Assembly: GCA_045656965.1 (NCBI GenBank)
Contig: JAZOSE010000118.1
Span: 1 to 38,091, forward strand
Length of the DNA stretch: 38,091 bases
Reading direction: 5' to 3'
DNA from: Eubacteriales bacterium
GTDB taxonomy: Bacteria; Bacillota; Clostridia; Oscillospirales; CAG-272
The translations under genes were made by a program, and so were the position numbers. Of this stretch, positions 14,961 through 26,918 are shown in pieces. The notes beneath the pieces were generated by a model. It had not been told where the DNA came from, searched no databases, and saw only the letters and a list, made by a program, of their open reading frames with translations. The number at the start of each line of letters is the position of its first letter. Position 1 is the stretch's first letter.

Positions 14961-16073
14961 TTATTGCTTTGCGTCACCCTTCAGGTACGCATTGATAAAC
15001 CCATCAAGATCGCCGTCCATAACGGCACCAACGTCGCCCGTTTCATAGCCTGTACGCGTGTCCTTGACCAGCGTGTAAGGCATAAACACGTAGCTTCTTA
15101 TTTGGGAACCCCACTCGATATTGGACTTCACGCCCTGAATATCCTCGATACGGTCAAGCTTTTCTCTTGCCTTGATCTCCATTAGCTTGGATTTGAGCAT
15201 TTTAAGCGCCGTTTCCTTGTTTTGAAGCTGGCTTCTTTCGGTTTGACAGCCAACGACGATGCCTGTGGGGATATGCACGATACGGATCGCCGAGTCGGTC
15301 TTGTTGATGTGCTGACCGCCCGCGCCGGAGGAGCGGTGCGCCGTGATCTCAAGATCCTCGTCGCGAAGCTCGATCGTGTCGTCGTCATCGTTGAATTCGG
15401 GCATGACCTCGACCGAAGCAAAGGAGGTCTGCCGTCTTCCCGAAGCATCGAACGGGGAAACGCGCACAAGGCGATGCACGCCGTTTTCACTCTTCAGGTA
15501 GCCGTACGCGTGAATGCCCTCTACCATAATGGTTGCGCTCTTGAGTCCTGCCTCATCACCGTCCAGCCAGTCAAGGAGCTTGACCTTGAAGCCGTGCTGG
15601 TCTGCCCAGCGGCAGTACATACGGTAGAGCATCGATGCCCAGTCCTGTGCCTCCGTTCCGCCCGCACCGGGGTGGAAGGAAACGATGGCATTGTTTTTGT
15701 CGTATTCGCCCGAAAGAAGCACGGAAATGCGCTGTCTTTCCTCCTCCTTTTCGATAAAGGCAAGCTCGGATTCTACCTCCTCGATAGAGCCCTCGTCATT
15801 TTCCTCAATAGCCATTTCCGCCAAAACGATGGCATCCTCAAGACGTTCGCAAAGACCGTCGTAGGTGGCAATGGTGTCCTTATAGTCGGCAAGCTCCTTT
15901 GCGATCTTGCTGCTCTTTGCCTGGTCGCTCCAGAAATTCTCAGCGTACGTGAGCTCTTCCATTTCCTTTGCCTTGGCGCGCAGCTCCTCAATGTGCAAGG
16001 AGGAGCCAAGCTCCTTCATATCCTCGCGCATAGCGCAAAGCTTGTATTTAGCGTCTTCTAATGCGATGATCAA
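14961..16073 (-). CDS. prfB: Peptide chain release factor 2 (single uninterrupted frame)
   Basis: SPF tripeptide (RVSPFDASGRRQTSF), GGQ motif (SGAGGQHINKTDSA) and HPGAGGTEAQDWA. TTG start with AAAGGA upstream. Confidence 0.93.
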   Translation of the reverse strand: MIIALEDAKYKLCAMREDMKELGSSLHIEELRAKAKEMEELTYAENFWSDQAKSSKIAKELADYKDTIATYDGLCERLEDAIVLAEMAIEENDEGSIEEVESELAFIEKEEERQRISVLLSGEYDKNNAIVSFHPGAGGTEAQDWASMLYRMYCRWADQHGFKVKLLDWLDGDEAGLKSATIMVEGIHAYGYLKSENGVHRLVRVSPFDASGRRQTSFASVEVMPEFNDDDDTIELRDEDLEITAHRSSGAGGQHINKTDSAIRIVHIPTGIVVGCQTERSQLQNKETALKMLKSKLMEIKAREKLDRIEDIQGVKSNIEWGSQIRSYVFMPYTLVKDTRTGYETGDVGAVMDGDLDGFINAYLKGDAKQ

Positions 16074-16255
16074 GTGGGAAATCCTTTCTTACAAAACGGT
16101 ACAATATTTCTTTATATAGTATAGCACACTTTTTTATTTTTGACAAGGCATACTTGCAAAAAACTCTTGCTTTTTTTAAAAAAAGGTGTATTCTATACAT
16201 ATAAAGTGCGGTAAAATATAAAAGTATACTAAATGAAACGTCAAAAGGAGACAGT

Positions 16256-17689
16256 ATGAAACGAAAAAGCGGAGTACTGATGCCCATCTCTTGTTTGCAT
16301 GGAGATTACTCGGAGGGCGGCTTTGGAAAAAGCGCTGAGGAGTTTGTGGATTTTCTTGCGGAGAGTGGCTTTGGCTATTGGCAGGTCTTGCCCTTTTGTA
16401 TGACAGACGAGCATAACTCTCCCTACAAATCGCTCTCTGCCTTTAGCGGCAATCCTTTTTTTATTGATATCTACCAGCTTTTTGAGGAAGGACTTCTTAG
16501 TGCCGAGGAGATAGAAGGCGCCCGTCAGTACGTGCCCTACACCTGTGAGTTTAAGCGTCTTTGGGAGGAAAGAATAGAGCTTCTTTTTTCTGCCGCCTCT
16601 CGCTTTGAGGATACGGCGGCGATTGCTGATTTTCTTTCGGAGCATCCGTACAGCCGCGAGTTCGCCACTTTTATGGCGCTCCGTGAGGCTAACGGACAAA
16701 AGCCCTGGTACGAATGGGAAATCAAGGAATATAGGGAAGACGTTTTTCGCGCTTGGGCATTTATCGAATATACCTTCCACCGCCAGTGGAAGCGCATTCG
16801 CTCCTACGCCAACCGCAAAAACGTCGCTATTATCGGAGACGTGCCCATCTACGTCGCCTATGACAGTGCCGACGTATATTTTCACCCCGAGATGTTCGAC
16901 CTTGACGAAAAGGGAAGTCCCCGTGGGGTCGCGGGTGTTCCACCCGATGCCTTTTCGGCAGACGGGCAGCTGTGGGGCAATCCGCTTTATAATTGGAAGG
17001 GGATGAAAAAGGATGGATATTCCTGGTGGCGTGATCGTATTCGCCATATGCTTTCCCTCTTTGACGGCATCCGCATTGACCATTTCCGTGGCTTCGACAC
17101 CTATTTCGATATTCCCGCCAATGCCAATACGGCGAAGGACGGCGTTTGGCGTAAGGGACCGGGAAGACCCTTTGTGGATATGCTGAGGGAGGAGGCGGGC
17201 GACGCGCTTATTATCGCTGAGGACCTCGGGGAAAGAATGGCTTCGGTGGAAAAGCTGCTCGCATACAGCAAATTCCCCGGTATGCGCATTTTGCAGTTTG
17301 CCTTTGACGGTGAGATCGAATCCCGACATCTGCCGCACAATTACTCTGAAAATTCGGTAGCCTATACGGGAACGCACGACAATAACACCCTTTTAGCCTA
17401 CGTTTTTGAGGCGGACGAGGGCAAAAGACGGGAGCTTTTCCGCTATTGCGGATACGAGGGCGAGAGCTTTGAGGAGGGGTGCAGATACGCCCTTCGCACC
17501 ATGCTTGCCTCACACGCCTCGCTCGTTCTTTTCCCCGTACAGGACCTTCTTCTTTTTGGCGCCGACACACGCTTCAACACCCCCGGTGTCGAGCGCGGAA
17601 ACTGGGGCTTCCGTATCACGCGGGAGCAGCTTTTTTCGCTTGACCGCGCACGTCTTCGCTCGCTTAACGAGCTATATAGACGCGTTTGA
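16256..17689 (+). CDS. malQ: 4-alpha-glucanotransferase (amylomaltase, GH77)
   Basis: SGVLMPISCLHGDYSEGGFG..., the GDVPIYV motif, IRIDHFRGF and AYTGTHDNNT. RBS AAGGAG. Confidence 0.93.
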   Translation: MKRKSGVLMPISCLHGDYSEGGFGKSAEEFVDFLAESGFGYWQVLPFCMTDEHNSPYKSLSAFSGNPFFIDIYQLFEEGLLSAEEIEGARQYVPYTCEFKRLWEERIELLFSAASRFEDTAAIADFLSEHPYSREFATFMALREANGQKPWYEWEIKEYREDVFRAWAFIEYTFHRQWKRIRSYANRKNVAIIGDVPIYVAYDSADVYFHPEMFDLDEKGSPRGVAGVPPDAFSADGQLWGNPLYNWKGMKKDGYSWWRDRIRHMLSLFDGIRIDHFRGFDTYFDIPANANTAKDGVWRKGPGRPFVDMLREEAGDALIIAEDLGERMASVEKLLAYSKFPGMRILQFAFDGEIESRHLPHNYSENSVAYTGTHDNNTLLAYVFEADEGKRRELFRYCGYEGESFEEGCRYALRTMLASHASLVLFPVQDLLLFGADTRFNTPGVERGNWGFRITREQLFSLDRARLRSLNELYRRV

Positions 17690-17694
17690 TATCC

Positions 17695-17734
17695 GCCGCA
17701 CCGAGCATTTCCGTCGGTGCGGCACTTTTTCTTT
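17695..17734 (+). terminator. Intrinsic terminator of malQ
   Basis: Perfect 10-bp stem GCCGCACCGA / TCGGTGCGGC, followed by ACTTTTTCTTT. Confidence 0.7.
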
Positions 17735-17776
17735 ACGAGCGCCGAGAAAAAATAAGGGGAGAATTGCCGAAAATAC

Positions 17777-17805
17777 TTGACATTCGGGGATACAGATGAT
17801 ATAAT
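17777..17805 (+). promoter_or_regulatory. Consensus sigma-A promoter of the LRR lipoprotein gene
   Basis: TTGACA - 17 nt - TATAAT, with an extended -10 (TGaTATAAT). Confidence 0.65.
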
Positions 17806-17880
17806 ATACAATGTCTATTTTAGTGCATTTTTGACTTTATGCGCCTCAAATGTATGAGAAAACAAAACTTGGAGGAAACC

Positions 17881-19719
17881 ATGAAAAAAACATTGCTTGT
17901 GCTTTTAACGCTTGTTATGGCATTCGGCACGCTTTTCCTCACGGCTTGCGGTGCGGACGAGGTATCACCTAAGAACGCGACCGAGGGTCTTGAGTACATA
18001 CTCAACGATACGGGTAAGGCGTACACGCTTGCCGGTATCGGCACGGCAACCGACACGAAGATCGTTATTGCTGAAAAGTATAACGGTGTTACGGTCAACG
18101 CCATTGCTCCCGATGCTTTTTCGGGCTGTACCGATATCACCGAGGTTGATATTCCCAGTGGAGTAAGAACCATTGGCGAAGCCGCCTTCGCCGGCTGCAC
18201 CTCACTCAAAGAGGTTTCCATTCCTTCGTCGCTCACCACCATCGGTGCGGGTGCTTTCTACAACTGCACCTCGCTCCAGAGCATCTCGATCCCCAGCAAG
18301 GTCAACAACATTGGCGCTTTGGCGTTCTACAACTGCAAGAGCCTTGCCGACATAGATATGAAGGGTAATATGACCGCGATCGCCGACAAGACCTTCTATG
18401 GCTGTGAGAGCCTCGCCTTCATCGTATTCCCCAAGACCGTTACCACGGTAGGCGCTTCGGCGCTTGAGGGTTGCGTAAACCTTATCGGTATCGAAGCTCC
18501 CTTTATCGGTGCTAACAAGGAGGGTGGCGCAAACGCTCATCTCGGCTACCTCTTTGGCTCCGTAAACAACAGCGGCGTTCCCGCAAGCCTTAGAACCGTT
18601 CGCTTGACCAACGCCAATAACGTAGGTGCAGGCGCGTTTTCCGGCTGTGAGGGGATTACCTCCGTTGTTCTTGATAAAGGTATTTCCATCATCGGAAACT
18701 CCGCATTCAAGGGCTGCACGGGTCTTACTGAAATGGACGTTCCCTCGACCGTTACCAACATCGGCTCCAAGGCATTTGAGGGCTGCGTAAATCTTGAAAG
18801 CATGTCCTTGCCCTTCATCGGTGCCAGCAAGGAAGAGGCAAGAAACTTCTATCTCGGCTATATCTTTGGCGCATCCAACTATCAGGAAAACGCCGATTAC
18901 GTTCCCGCAAAGCTTTCCGAGCTTGAGATCACCTCTGCAAAAACCGTTGAGACCAACGCGTTCTACGCTTGCGGCAACCTTACCTCTGTTTCCATTAATA
19001 GCGGAGTAGAGAAGATCGGCTCCGCTGCGTTTGTCGGCTGTGATAGCCTTGAAAGCCTTGTTGTTCCCTTTATCGGCGCAACCAAGACCGATAGAACCTT
19101 TAACTTCTTCGGCTATATCTTCGGAGGTCGCGGTATCAACGAGAACGAGGCAGTCGTTCCCGCCTCTCTTAAGAGCGTTGAGGTTACCGACATTGATAAG
19201 GTTCCCGCTTATGCCTTTGCAGGCTGCACCTCCATTGAGAACATCAAGCTTTGCGATAAAGTAGCAACTATCGGAAAGAACGCATTTTTAGATACGGCAT
19301 ACTTTGAAAACGAAGAGAACTGGAAGGACGGAATCTTCTATATCGAAAAGGAAGAAACCTTTGAGGAAGAGGACGCGCACGGCGAGACGCAGACTTACCA
19401 CTATTTGATCCTCGTTGCCGCAAAGGAGGATATTACCTCTTGCACGATCGAGAAGGGTACTATCTACGTAGCTGAGGCGGCATTTGAAAACTGCACCGCT
19501 CTTACCTCCGTATACGTTCCTAAGGAGGTTACGCTCATTGACCTTGGCGCCTTTGCAGGCTGTACCGCGCTTGAGTCGGTAACTCTTGAAAACGCTGTAA
19601 AGGGTTGGAAGGCAGGAAGCACCGAGCTTTCCGAGGCTGACATTGCAAGCCCCGCAAAGATGGCTGAGTTCTTCGCCGTAACCTACATCGGCACTTACAT
19701 TCATTTCTCGATTGGATAA
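17881..19719 (+). CDS. Leucine-rich-repeat (BspA-type LRR_5) surface lipoprotein
   Basis: MKKTLLVLLTLVMAFGTLFLTAC has a lipobox (LTAC). It is followed by about 10 repeats of the pattern I(P/S)..V..IG..AF.GC..L. The ORF opens at 17839, but the ATG at 17881 has RBS GGAGGA. Confidence 0.85.
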   Translation: MKKTLLVLLTLVMAFGTLFLTACGADEVSPKNATEGLEYILNDTGKAYTLAGIGTATDTKIVIAEKYNGVTVNAIAPDAFSGCTDITEVDIPSGVRTIGEAAFAGCTSLKEVSIPSSLTTIGAGAFYNCTSLQSISIPSKVNNIGALAFYNCKSLADIDMKGNMTAIADKTFYGCESLAFIVFPKTVTTVGASALEGCVNLIGIEAPFIGANKEGGANAHLGYLFGSVNNSGVPASLRTVRLTNANNVGAGAFSGCEGITSVVLDKGISIIGNSAFKGCTGLTEMDVPSTVTNIGSKAFEGCVNLESMSLPFIGASKEEARNFYLGYIFGASNYQENADYVPAKLSELEITSAKTVETNAFYACGNLTSVSINSGVEKIGSAAFVGCDSLESLVVPFIGATKTDRTFNFFGYIFGGRGINENEAVVPASLKSVEVTDIDKVPAYAFAGCTSIENIKLCDKVATIGKNAFLDTAYFENEENWKDGIFYIEKEETFEEEDAHGETQTYHYLILVAAKEDITSCTIEKGTIYVAEAAFENCTALTSVYVPKEVTLIDLGAFAGCTALESVTLENAVKGWKAGSTELSEADIASPAKMAEFFAVTYIGTYIHFSIG

Positions 19720-19723
19720 TATC

Positions 19724-19762
19724 AAAAAAGCGGAGCTCAAATGAGCTCCGCTTTTTCTTTTT
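19724..19762. terminator. Bidirectional intrinsic terminator between the LRR gene and ligA
   Basis: Stem GCGGAGCTC / GAGCTCCGC, with A6 upstream and TTTTTCTTTTT downstream. Confidence 0.75.
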
Positions 19763-19765
19763 GTT

Positions 19766-21793
<2,028 letters not shown>

Positions 21794-21858
21794 CTACATA
21801 CTATATTATACCAAAGCAAGAGAAAAAAGTCAAGCGAGAGAAGAAGGAAACGAAAAAA

Positions 21859-22758
21859 TTATACCCCCTCGGAGAGCCGTTCCAGCTCTCTTCTCAGTTC
21901 TTCAAGCAGAGCCTCGCTCGGCGGCGTGAGGGGCAAGCGAAGCGAGCCGTCGCCAAAGCCTAAAAGCGAGAGCGCGCACTTGATGGGCGCAGGGTTGGTC
22001 TCCTTAAACAAAAGCCTGTAAAGCGGCAAAAGTCTGGCATTGGCTTTTATAGCGGTTTCCTGCTCGCCCGAGCAAAAGGCGGTATATATCTTGCGCATAT
22101 TTTTCGGCAGAACACCCGACGCCACTGAGATGACACCGTCCGCACCAACGGCAAGGGAAGGAAGGAGCATCGCGTCGTTGCCTGTATAGACTGCCGCGCG
22201 TCCCTTGGCAAGTGCACATAGCTCTGCCATTTTTTCAATGCTTGCACCGGCTTCCTTTGCGCCCGTGATCATAGGGTGCGAAAAGAGCTCGTCGTAGCCG
22301 TCAAGGCTAATGTCAACCCCCGTACGAGAGGGTACGTTATATAAGATAACGGGGAGATCCGCCGCTTCTGCTATGCTTAAAAAATGCTCGCGAAGTCCTC
22401 GCGAGGTTCCCTTGTTGTAGTAGGGGGTAACGACGAGCGCGCCGTCCGCTCCAAGCTCTCTTGCACGCTTGGCGTAGCCTATCGCGTGGGCGGTGTCGTT
22501 GGAGCCGCACCCCATGATAACGGGCACTCGCCCGTCAACACACGCAAGCGCCTCCGAAAGAAGGCTGTCGCGCTCACACTCGGTGAGGGTCGGCGCCTCT
22601 CCCGTTGTGCCCGCCACGACGAGCGCATCGATTTTAGCCCCCAGCTGTATATTGATCAGGCGGCGAAACGTGAAAACGTCCACCTTGCCGTCTAAAAAGG
22701 GCGTTATCAGCGCGGTTGCCACGCCACGAAAGCTCCCCTTTTTCGTCTTTTCGTTCAT
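21859..22758 (-). CDS. dapA: 4-hydroxy-tetrahydrodipicolinate synthase
   Basis: GVATALITPF ... VVAGTTGEAPTL ... YNVPSRTG. The ORF opens with TTG at 22788, but I prefer the ATG at 22758, which has GAGAAAGG upstream. Confidence 0.92.
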   Translation of the reverse strand: MNEKTKKGSFRGVATALITPFLDGKVDVFTFRRLINIQLGAKIDALVVAGTTGEAPTLTECERDSLLSEALACVDGRVPVIMGCGSNDTAHAIGYAKRARELGADGALVVTPYYNKGTSRGLREHFLSIAEAADLPVILYNVPSRTGVDISLDGYDELFSHPMITGAKEAGASIEKMAELCALAKGRAAVYTGNDAMLLPSLAVGADGVISVASGVLPKNMRKIYTAFCSGEQETAIKANARLLPLYRLLFKETNPAPIKCALSLLGFGDGSLRLPLTPPSEALLEELRRELERLSEGV

Positions 22759-22863
22759 ATCTGTACCTTTCTCTCTTGCAATCGGCAAAAGAATGTGTTA
22801 AAATATATAGAAGACCTTACTGGTTAATATTATTATATGAAACAAAGACGGAAACGGTTAGTT

Positions 22864-23931
22864 ATGGAAATTGTAAACGAACGCATCGAAACCACCTTAA
22901 AAACCTCGGATTTTTTCTATGAGCTTCCCGAGGAGCTGATCGCGCAAACGCCCGCGGAGCGCCGCGACGAATCGCGCCTTTTGGTGCTTTCAAAAAAAGA
23001 CGGCGAGCTCTCGCACCGCCGCTTTTACGATATTATAGATTTTTTAAATCCCGAGGATATCCTTGTGGTGAATTCCTCCAAGGTCATTCCCGCGCGCCTT
23101 CTCGGCGTGACCGAGAAAACGGGCTCGTCTATGGAGCTTCTTCTTCTGCGCGCCGAGCAGGACGGTACGTGGGAAACTCTTGTACGCCCCGGCAAGCGTG
23201 CTAAGGTTGGCGCACGTTTTTCCTTTGGCGGCATTTTGGTTGCCGAGGTTATAGACGTTGTCGAGGGCGGCAACCGCCGTGTGCGCTTCTTCTACGATAC
23301 CGAAAAGTATCATAGTATATACGAGGTGCTTGACGAGGTAGGAAATATGCCGCTTCCGCCGTATATCACCGCGCGCTTAGAAGAGAAGGACAGATACCAA
23401 ACGGTTTACGCCAAGGAGGAGGGCTCGGCCGCCGCACCCACCGCGGGACTGCACTTTACCCCCGAGCTTCTCTCGCGTATCAAGGAAAAGGGCGTGGGCT
23501 ACGCTGAGGTAATGCTTCACGTCGGTCTTGGCACCTTCCGGCCCGTCAAGGAGGAGAAGATCGCTGACCACCTGATGCATGCCGAGCATTTCCGCATCAC
23601 GCAAAAGACTGCCGAGGAGATCAATCGCCGCCGTGCCAACGGAGGCAGGATCATTTGCGTCGGTACAACGTCCACGCGCGTGCTGGAAAGCGTGACGGAT
23701 GAAAACGGCATCGTGCACGCCGCCGAGGGCGAAACCAAAATATTCATCTATCCGGGCTATAAATTCAAGGCTGCCGACGCTCTCATTACCAACTTCCATC
23801 TTCCCGAAAGCACGCTTTTGATGCTTGTCAGCGCCCTTGCCGGCAAGGAAAACATTATGAACGCTTATGAAACGGCTGTCGCGGAGAGGTATCGATTTTT
23901 CTCCTTTGGCGACGCAATGCTGATTGTATAA
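22864..23931 (+). CDS. queA: S-adenosylmethionine:tRNA ribosyltransferase-isomerase
   Basis: [28 protein letters not shown] ... PLPPYI ... GLHFT ... [11 protein letters not shown]. An alternative ATG exists at 22837. Confidence 0.92.
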   Translation: MEIVNERIETTLKTSDFFYELPEELIAQTPAERRDESRLLVLSKKDGELSHRRFYDIIDFLNPEDILVVNSSKVIPARLLGVTEKTGSSMELLLLRAEQDGTWETLVRPGKRAKVGARFSFGGILVAEVIDVVEGGNRRVRFFYDTEKYHSIYEVLDEVGNMPLPPYITARLEEKDRYQTVYAKEEGSAAAPTAGLHFTPELLSRIKEKGVGYAEVMLHVGLGTFRPVKEEKIADHLMHAEHFRITQKTAEEINRRRANGGRIICVGTTSTRVLESVTDENGIVHAAEGETKIFIYPGYKFKAADALITNFHLPESTLLMLVSALAGKENIMNAYETAVAERYRFFSFGDAMLIV

Positions 23932-24127
23932 AATCCGCAATACTGCGTTGTCGGGCGACGCGGTCGGCCCGGAGTAGGTAACTCCACCGTCGCCTTCCTT
24001 GCGCCCTTACGCCTTGTCTTGCGAATTTTCTACTAACCAGCAAATTCGTCTTGATGAAAAATGAATGAAAATTTTCGCTTTGGCGAAAATCCACCGAAAT
24101 TGTTCACCATTCATTTTTCGTTATCCG

Positions 24128-24163
24128 TTAAAGAAAACAAAAAGCCCCGCGAGGCAGGGCTTA
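24128..24163 (-). terminator. Intrinsic terminator of the rlmA-like gene
   Basis: On the minus strand: AAGCCC-loop-GGGCTT, followed by TTTTGTTTTCTTT. Confidence 0.55.
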
Positions 24164-24166
24164 ACG

Positions 24167-24961
24167 CTAATTTTTTTGATAGACCAAAAGCTCAAATTCG
24201 ATCTCCGTTACAAGATGCTCCAGCTTGGAGAGCTTTTCGTGGTCTGCTTTTGATGTCTTGTAATAATACGGGGTCATTGAAAACAGCGAAACGATCTCCT
24301 CGTTTGTCTTTAAGGTGATCTCACCCTTGATGCTTTCACGAGAAAGAAGGGTAAGACCCTCAATATTCGTATCGCCCACGCGGTTTTCGTAGGGCGTGTC
24401 GTAAATAGCCTTTTTCAGCCCGAAAAGATGACGCACGCCGGGAATCGCCATAATCAAAATGCCGTGCGGCTTTAAGGCGCGCAGAATTTCCTCTCGGCAA
24501 AAGGGAGAGAATAAAAGCGTTAAACCGTCTACGCTTCCGTCAAGCACAGGCATGGCGTAAGCACTACCGACGAATAGATGCGCTCCGCATTTGCGCTTTG
24601 CTGCGCTCCTCACCGCGTCGCGCGAAACGTCAAAGCCGTAAACGGTAGCGACCTCCCTTGCCAGCGCCTCGGTGTAATATCCCTCGCCGCAACCCACGTC
24701 TAAAAGGACGGCGCCGCCAGGCAAATGCTTTTTCGCGGCACAGGCAACGGCATTTCTTAATTTTTCATAATATCCCGCCTCTAAAAAGCGGCGGCGACCG
24801 TCCAGCATCAAGCGGTTGTCTCCGTGCTGTCCCTTGGCGTTTTGAAGGAGATTGACGTACCCCTCCTTCGCCTTGTCAAAGGAGTGACCGCTCGGACAGG
24901 AAAAGCCCGTTTCACCCTCAAGGAGCGCCTTTTGGCAAACAGGGCAGGCAAGTATACTCAT
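24167..24961 (-). CDS. rlmA: 23S rRNA (guanine-N1)-methyltransferase, RlmA family
   Basis: N-terminal Zn finger MSILACPVCQ...FSCPSGHSFD and SAM motif LLDVGCGEGYYT. The ORF extends to 25021, but the ATG at 24961 fits the family N-terminus. Confidence 0.85.
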   Translation of the reverse strand: MSILACPVCQKALLEGETGFSCPSGHSFDKAKEGYVNLLQNAKGQHGDNRLMLDGRRRFLEAGYYEKLRNAVACAAKKHLPGGAVLLDVGCGEGYYTEALAREVATVYGFDVSRDAVRSAAKRKCGAHLFVGSAYAMPVLDGSVDGLTLLFSPFCREEILRALKPHGILIMAIPGVRHLFGLKKAIYDTPYENRVGDTNIEGLTLLSRESIKGEITLKTNEEIVSLFSMTPYYYKTSKADHEKLSKLEHLVTEIEFELLVYQKN

Positions 24962-25043
24962 TTTCGTTTTTCCTTTAAAGATTCTTTTCTTTATCATATA
25001 TCTTTTTCTAAAATTTGTCAAGCACGAAAGGAACGTTAATTTT

Positions 25044-25478
25044 ATGAATACAAACGAGGCTCTCCGGGGTAGAATTTTAGGTGTGGATTACGGTGACGTG
25101 CGCACGGGTCTCGCTCTGTCCGACCCCACGGGCTTTCTCGCGTCGGGCATCGGCACTATAAAGCCGGGCGGTATGCGTAAAACCGCTGAGGCGGTTGCCC
25201 TTGAGGCTGAAAAGAACGGAGCTGTTTTGATAGTTATCGGGCTTCCTAAGAATATGGACGGAAGTGAGGGCTTTCGTGCCGAGGCAGTGCGTGCCTTTGC
25301 CGCACTTTTAGGCGAATACACGACAATTCCATATATCTTCTACGACGAGCGCTTATCCACCGTTTGCGCGCATCAGTTTCTTTCCCTGACCGACGTTAAG
25401 GGCAAGCGACGCAAGGAGGTCGTGGATACGCTCTCTGCTCAAATTATTCTTCAAAACTACCTTGACGCGCAAAAATAA
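25044..25478 (+). CDS. ruvX: YqgF/RuvX putative pre-16S rRNA nuclease (Holliday junction resolvase-like)
   Basis: ILGVDYGDVRTGLALSD ... VIGLPKNMDGSEG ... DERLSTV. Confidence 0.9.
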   Translation: MNTNEALRGRILGVDYGDVRTGLALSDPTGFLASGIGTIKPGGMRKTAEAVALEAEKNGAVLIVIGLPKNMDGSEGFRAEAVRAFAALLGEYTTIPYIFYDERLSTVCAHQFLSLTDVKGKRRKEVVDTLSAQIILQNYLDAQK

Positions 25479-25578
25479 CCTTGCAGTTTTTTTATAACCG
25501 ACTTTTACCTTTCATATAGCCATCACAATATCCTTGTATACTGATGGCACAAAAGATTTTTTCCGAAGGGAATTTATT

Positions 25579-26892
25579 ATGTCAGACCAATTTGAATACC
25601 AAGACGGGCAGAGCGCGAGCGAAGCTCGCTCGGATCATACAGAAAATGGCGGCTCCTCTGTGGAATACGGTCCTCGCTTCTTCGGCGTGGACGGAGACCG
25701 ACAGGGAACGAAAAAGAACGGAAGAGTGGGCGTTATCGCACTTCTTGTTGCCGTTGCGGTGCTTTTGTTAGCACTTGTCGCCGTCGGCGGCATCCTTCTC
25801 ATGCGCGGCATAGGGAGCGGTGCAGGCTCAGGCGCGCAAGGCGGTACAGGCTCAAGCGGCGGTAGCGGCGCGGCTAACAGTGGCTCGCTCGGTGCGTTCG
25901 GTGATACCGTTGTGATGCATCAAACGAATAATAAAGCGACGATCGAGGACGGTTCGGTAGCGGCGGTTGCCGCCAAAAGCGCCGACTTTGTCGTTGAGAT
26001 CTTGACCGAAAGCGTGGGCACCCGCTACCCCAACAAAACCGTGAGCGGCGCGGGCAGCGGCGTTATTATCAGCGAGAGCAAAACGCAGGATTATACCTAT
26101 ATCGTGACCAACAATCACGTTGTGGAGGGATTTGAGACCATTATCGTCCGTACCACGAGCGGCGTGGAATATACCGCGACCGTTATCGGCACGGACTGGT
26201 TAAGCGACATCGCCGTTTTGCGTATCGGCGCAAAGGGACTGCCAATTGCAACCTACGTTAGCGCAGACGAGCCTCTCGTTCTCGGTCAGGAGGTCGTTGC
26301 TATTGGCAATCCTCTCGGTGCCTTGGGCGGCTCGGTCTCTCGCGGCATTATCAGCGGCCTTTCCCGTACGATCACGATCGAGGGAATTCCTATGACTCTT
26401 CTTCAAACCGACGCCGCGATCAATCCCGGCAACTCGGGCGGCGGTCTGTTTGATATGAATGGCAATCTCGTCGGTATCGTTAATGCTAAATCCATCGCTG
26501 AGAACGTTGACAACATCGGCTTTGCCATTCCCATCGCCACCGCGATCGATGCGGTTTCGGAGATCATAGAGAAGGGCTACGTCAGCGGCAGAGCCGATCT
26601 TGGCTTTACCTTCACCTCCTCTGCGACCACCAGCGGATTGACGGTATATAGCTACGCTTATAACAACGAGATCTCCACCCCGATTGAATCGGGATACGTT
26701 CTTTATTCCGTTATGGTGAACGGCAAGGAGCTTGTTGTCAGCTCTGCCGACAGCTATCGCAGCGTTTTGGCACATCTCACGATTGGTGAGACTGCACAGG
26801 CAAAGATCTATAAGCCCGTGCGACAGGGCATTAGCATCACCTATTCTCCCTTTACGGTCACGCTTACCGTTCACGAATATACGGCATCTTAA
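25579..26892 (+). CDS. Membrane-anchored HtrA/DegP-family serine protease (S1C) with a C-terminal PDZ-like region
   Basis: Catalytic triad contexts TNNHVV, DIAVLRI and GNSGGGLFD. N-terminal TM segment and a Gly/Ser-rich linker. I prefer the ATG at 25579 (RBS GAAGGG) over the TTG at 25534. Confidence 0.85.
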   Translation: MSDQFEYQDGQSASEARSDHTENGGSSVEYGPRFFGVDGDRQGTKKNGRVGVIALLVAVAVLLLALVAVGGILLMRGIGSGAGSGAQGGTGSSGGSGAANSGSLGAFGDTVVMHQTNNKATIEDGSVAAVAAKSADFVVEILTESVGTRYPNKTVSGAGSGVIISESKTQDYTYIVTNNHVVEGFETIIVRTTSGVEYTATVIGTDWLSDIAVLRIGAKGLPIATYVSADEPLVLGQEVVAIGNPLGALGGSVSRGIISGLSRTITIEGIPMTLLQTDAAINPGNSGGGLFDMNGNLVGIVNAKSIAENVDNIGFAIPIATAIDAVSEIIEKGYVSGRADLGFTFTSSATTSGLTVYSYAYNNEISTPIESGYVLYSVMVNGKELVVSSADSYRSVLAHLTIGETAQAKIYKPVRQGISITYSPFTVTLTVHEYTAS

Positions 26893-26918
26893 TTTTACCT
26901 GAAAGGAACGACTGAAAT

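Noticed and set aside
16241-17377. 378-aa ORF on the minus strand, antisense to malQ. Similar long antisense ORFs occur at 37110-38057, 11903-12742, 15222-16061, 7747-8571 and 26200-26874.
   Set aside because: Each lies wholly inside a gene with strong family motifs on the other strand (malQ, glyQS, ffh, prfB, the TasA-like gene, htrA). Their translations are low-complexity and Arg/Gly/Val-rich with no motifs. These are shadow ORFs, typical of moderately GC-rich coding DNA.
22759-22863. Lysine riboswitch upstream of dapA, or preQ1 riboswitch upstream of queA.
   Set aside because: The divergent intergenic region is only about 100 nt and AT-rich. It has none of the conserved helices or boxes of either class.
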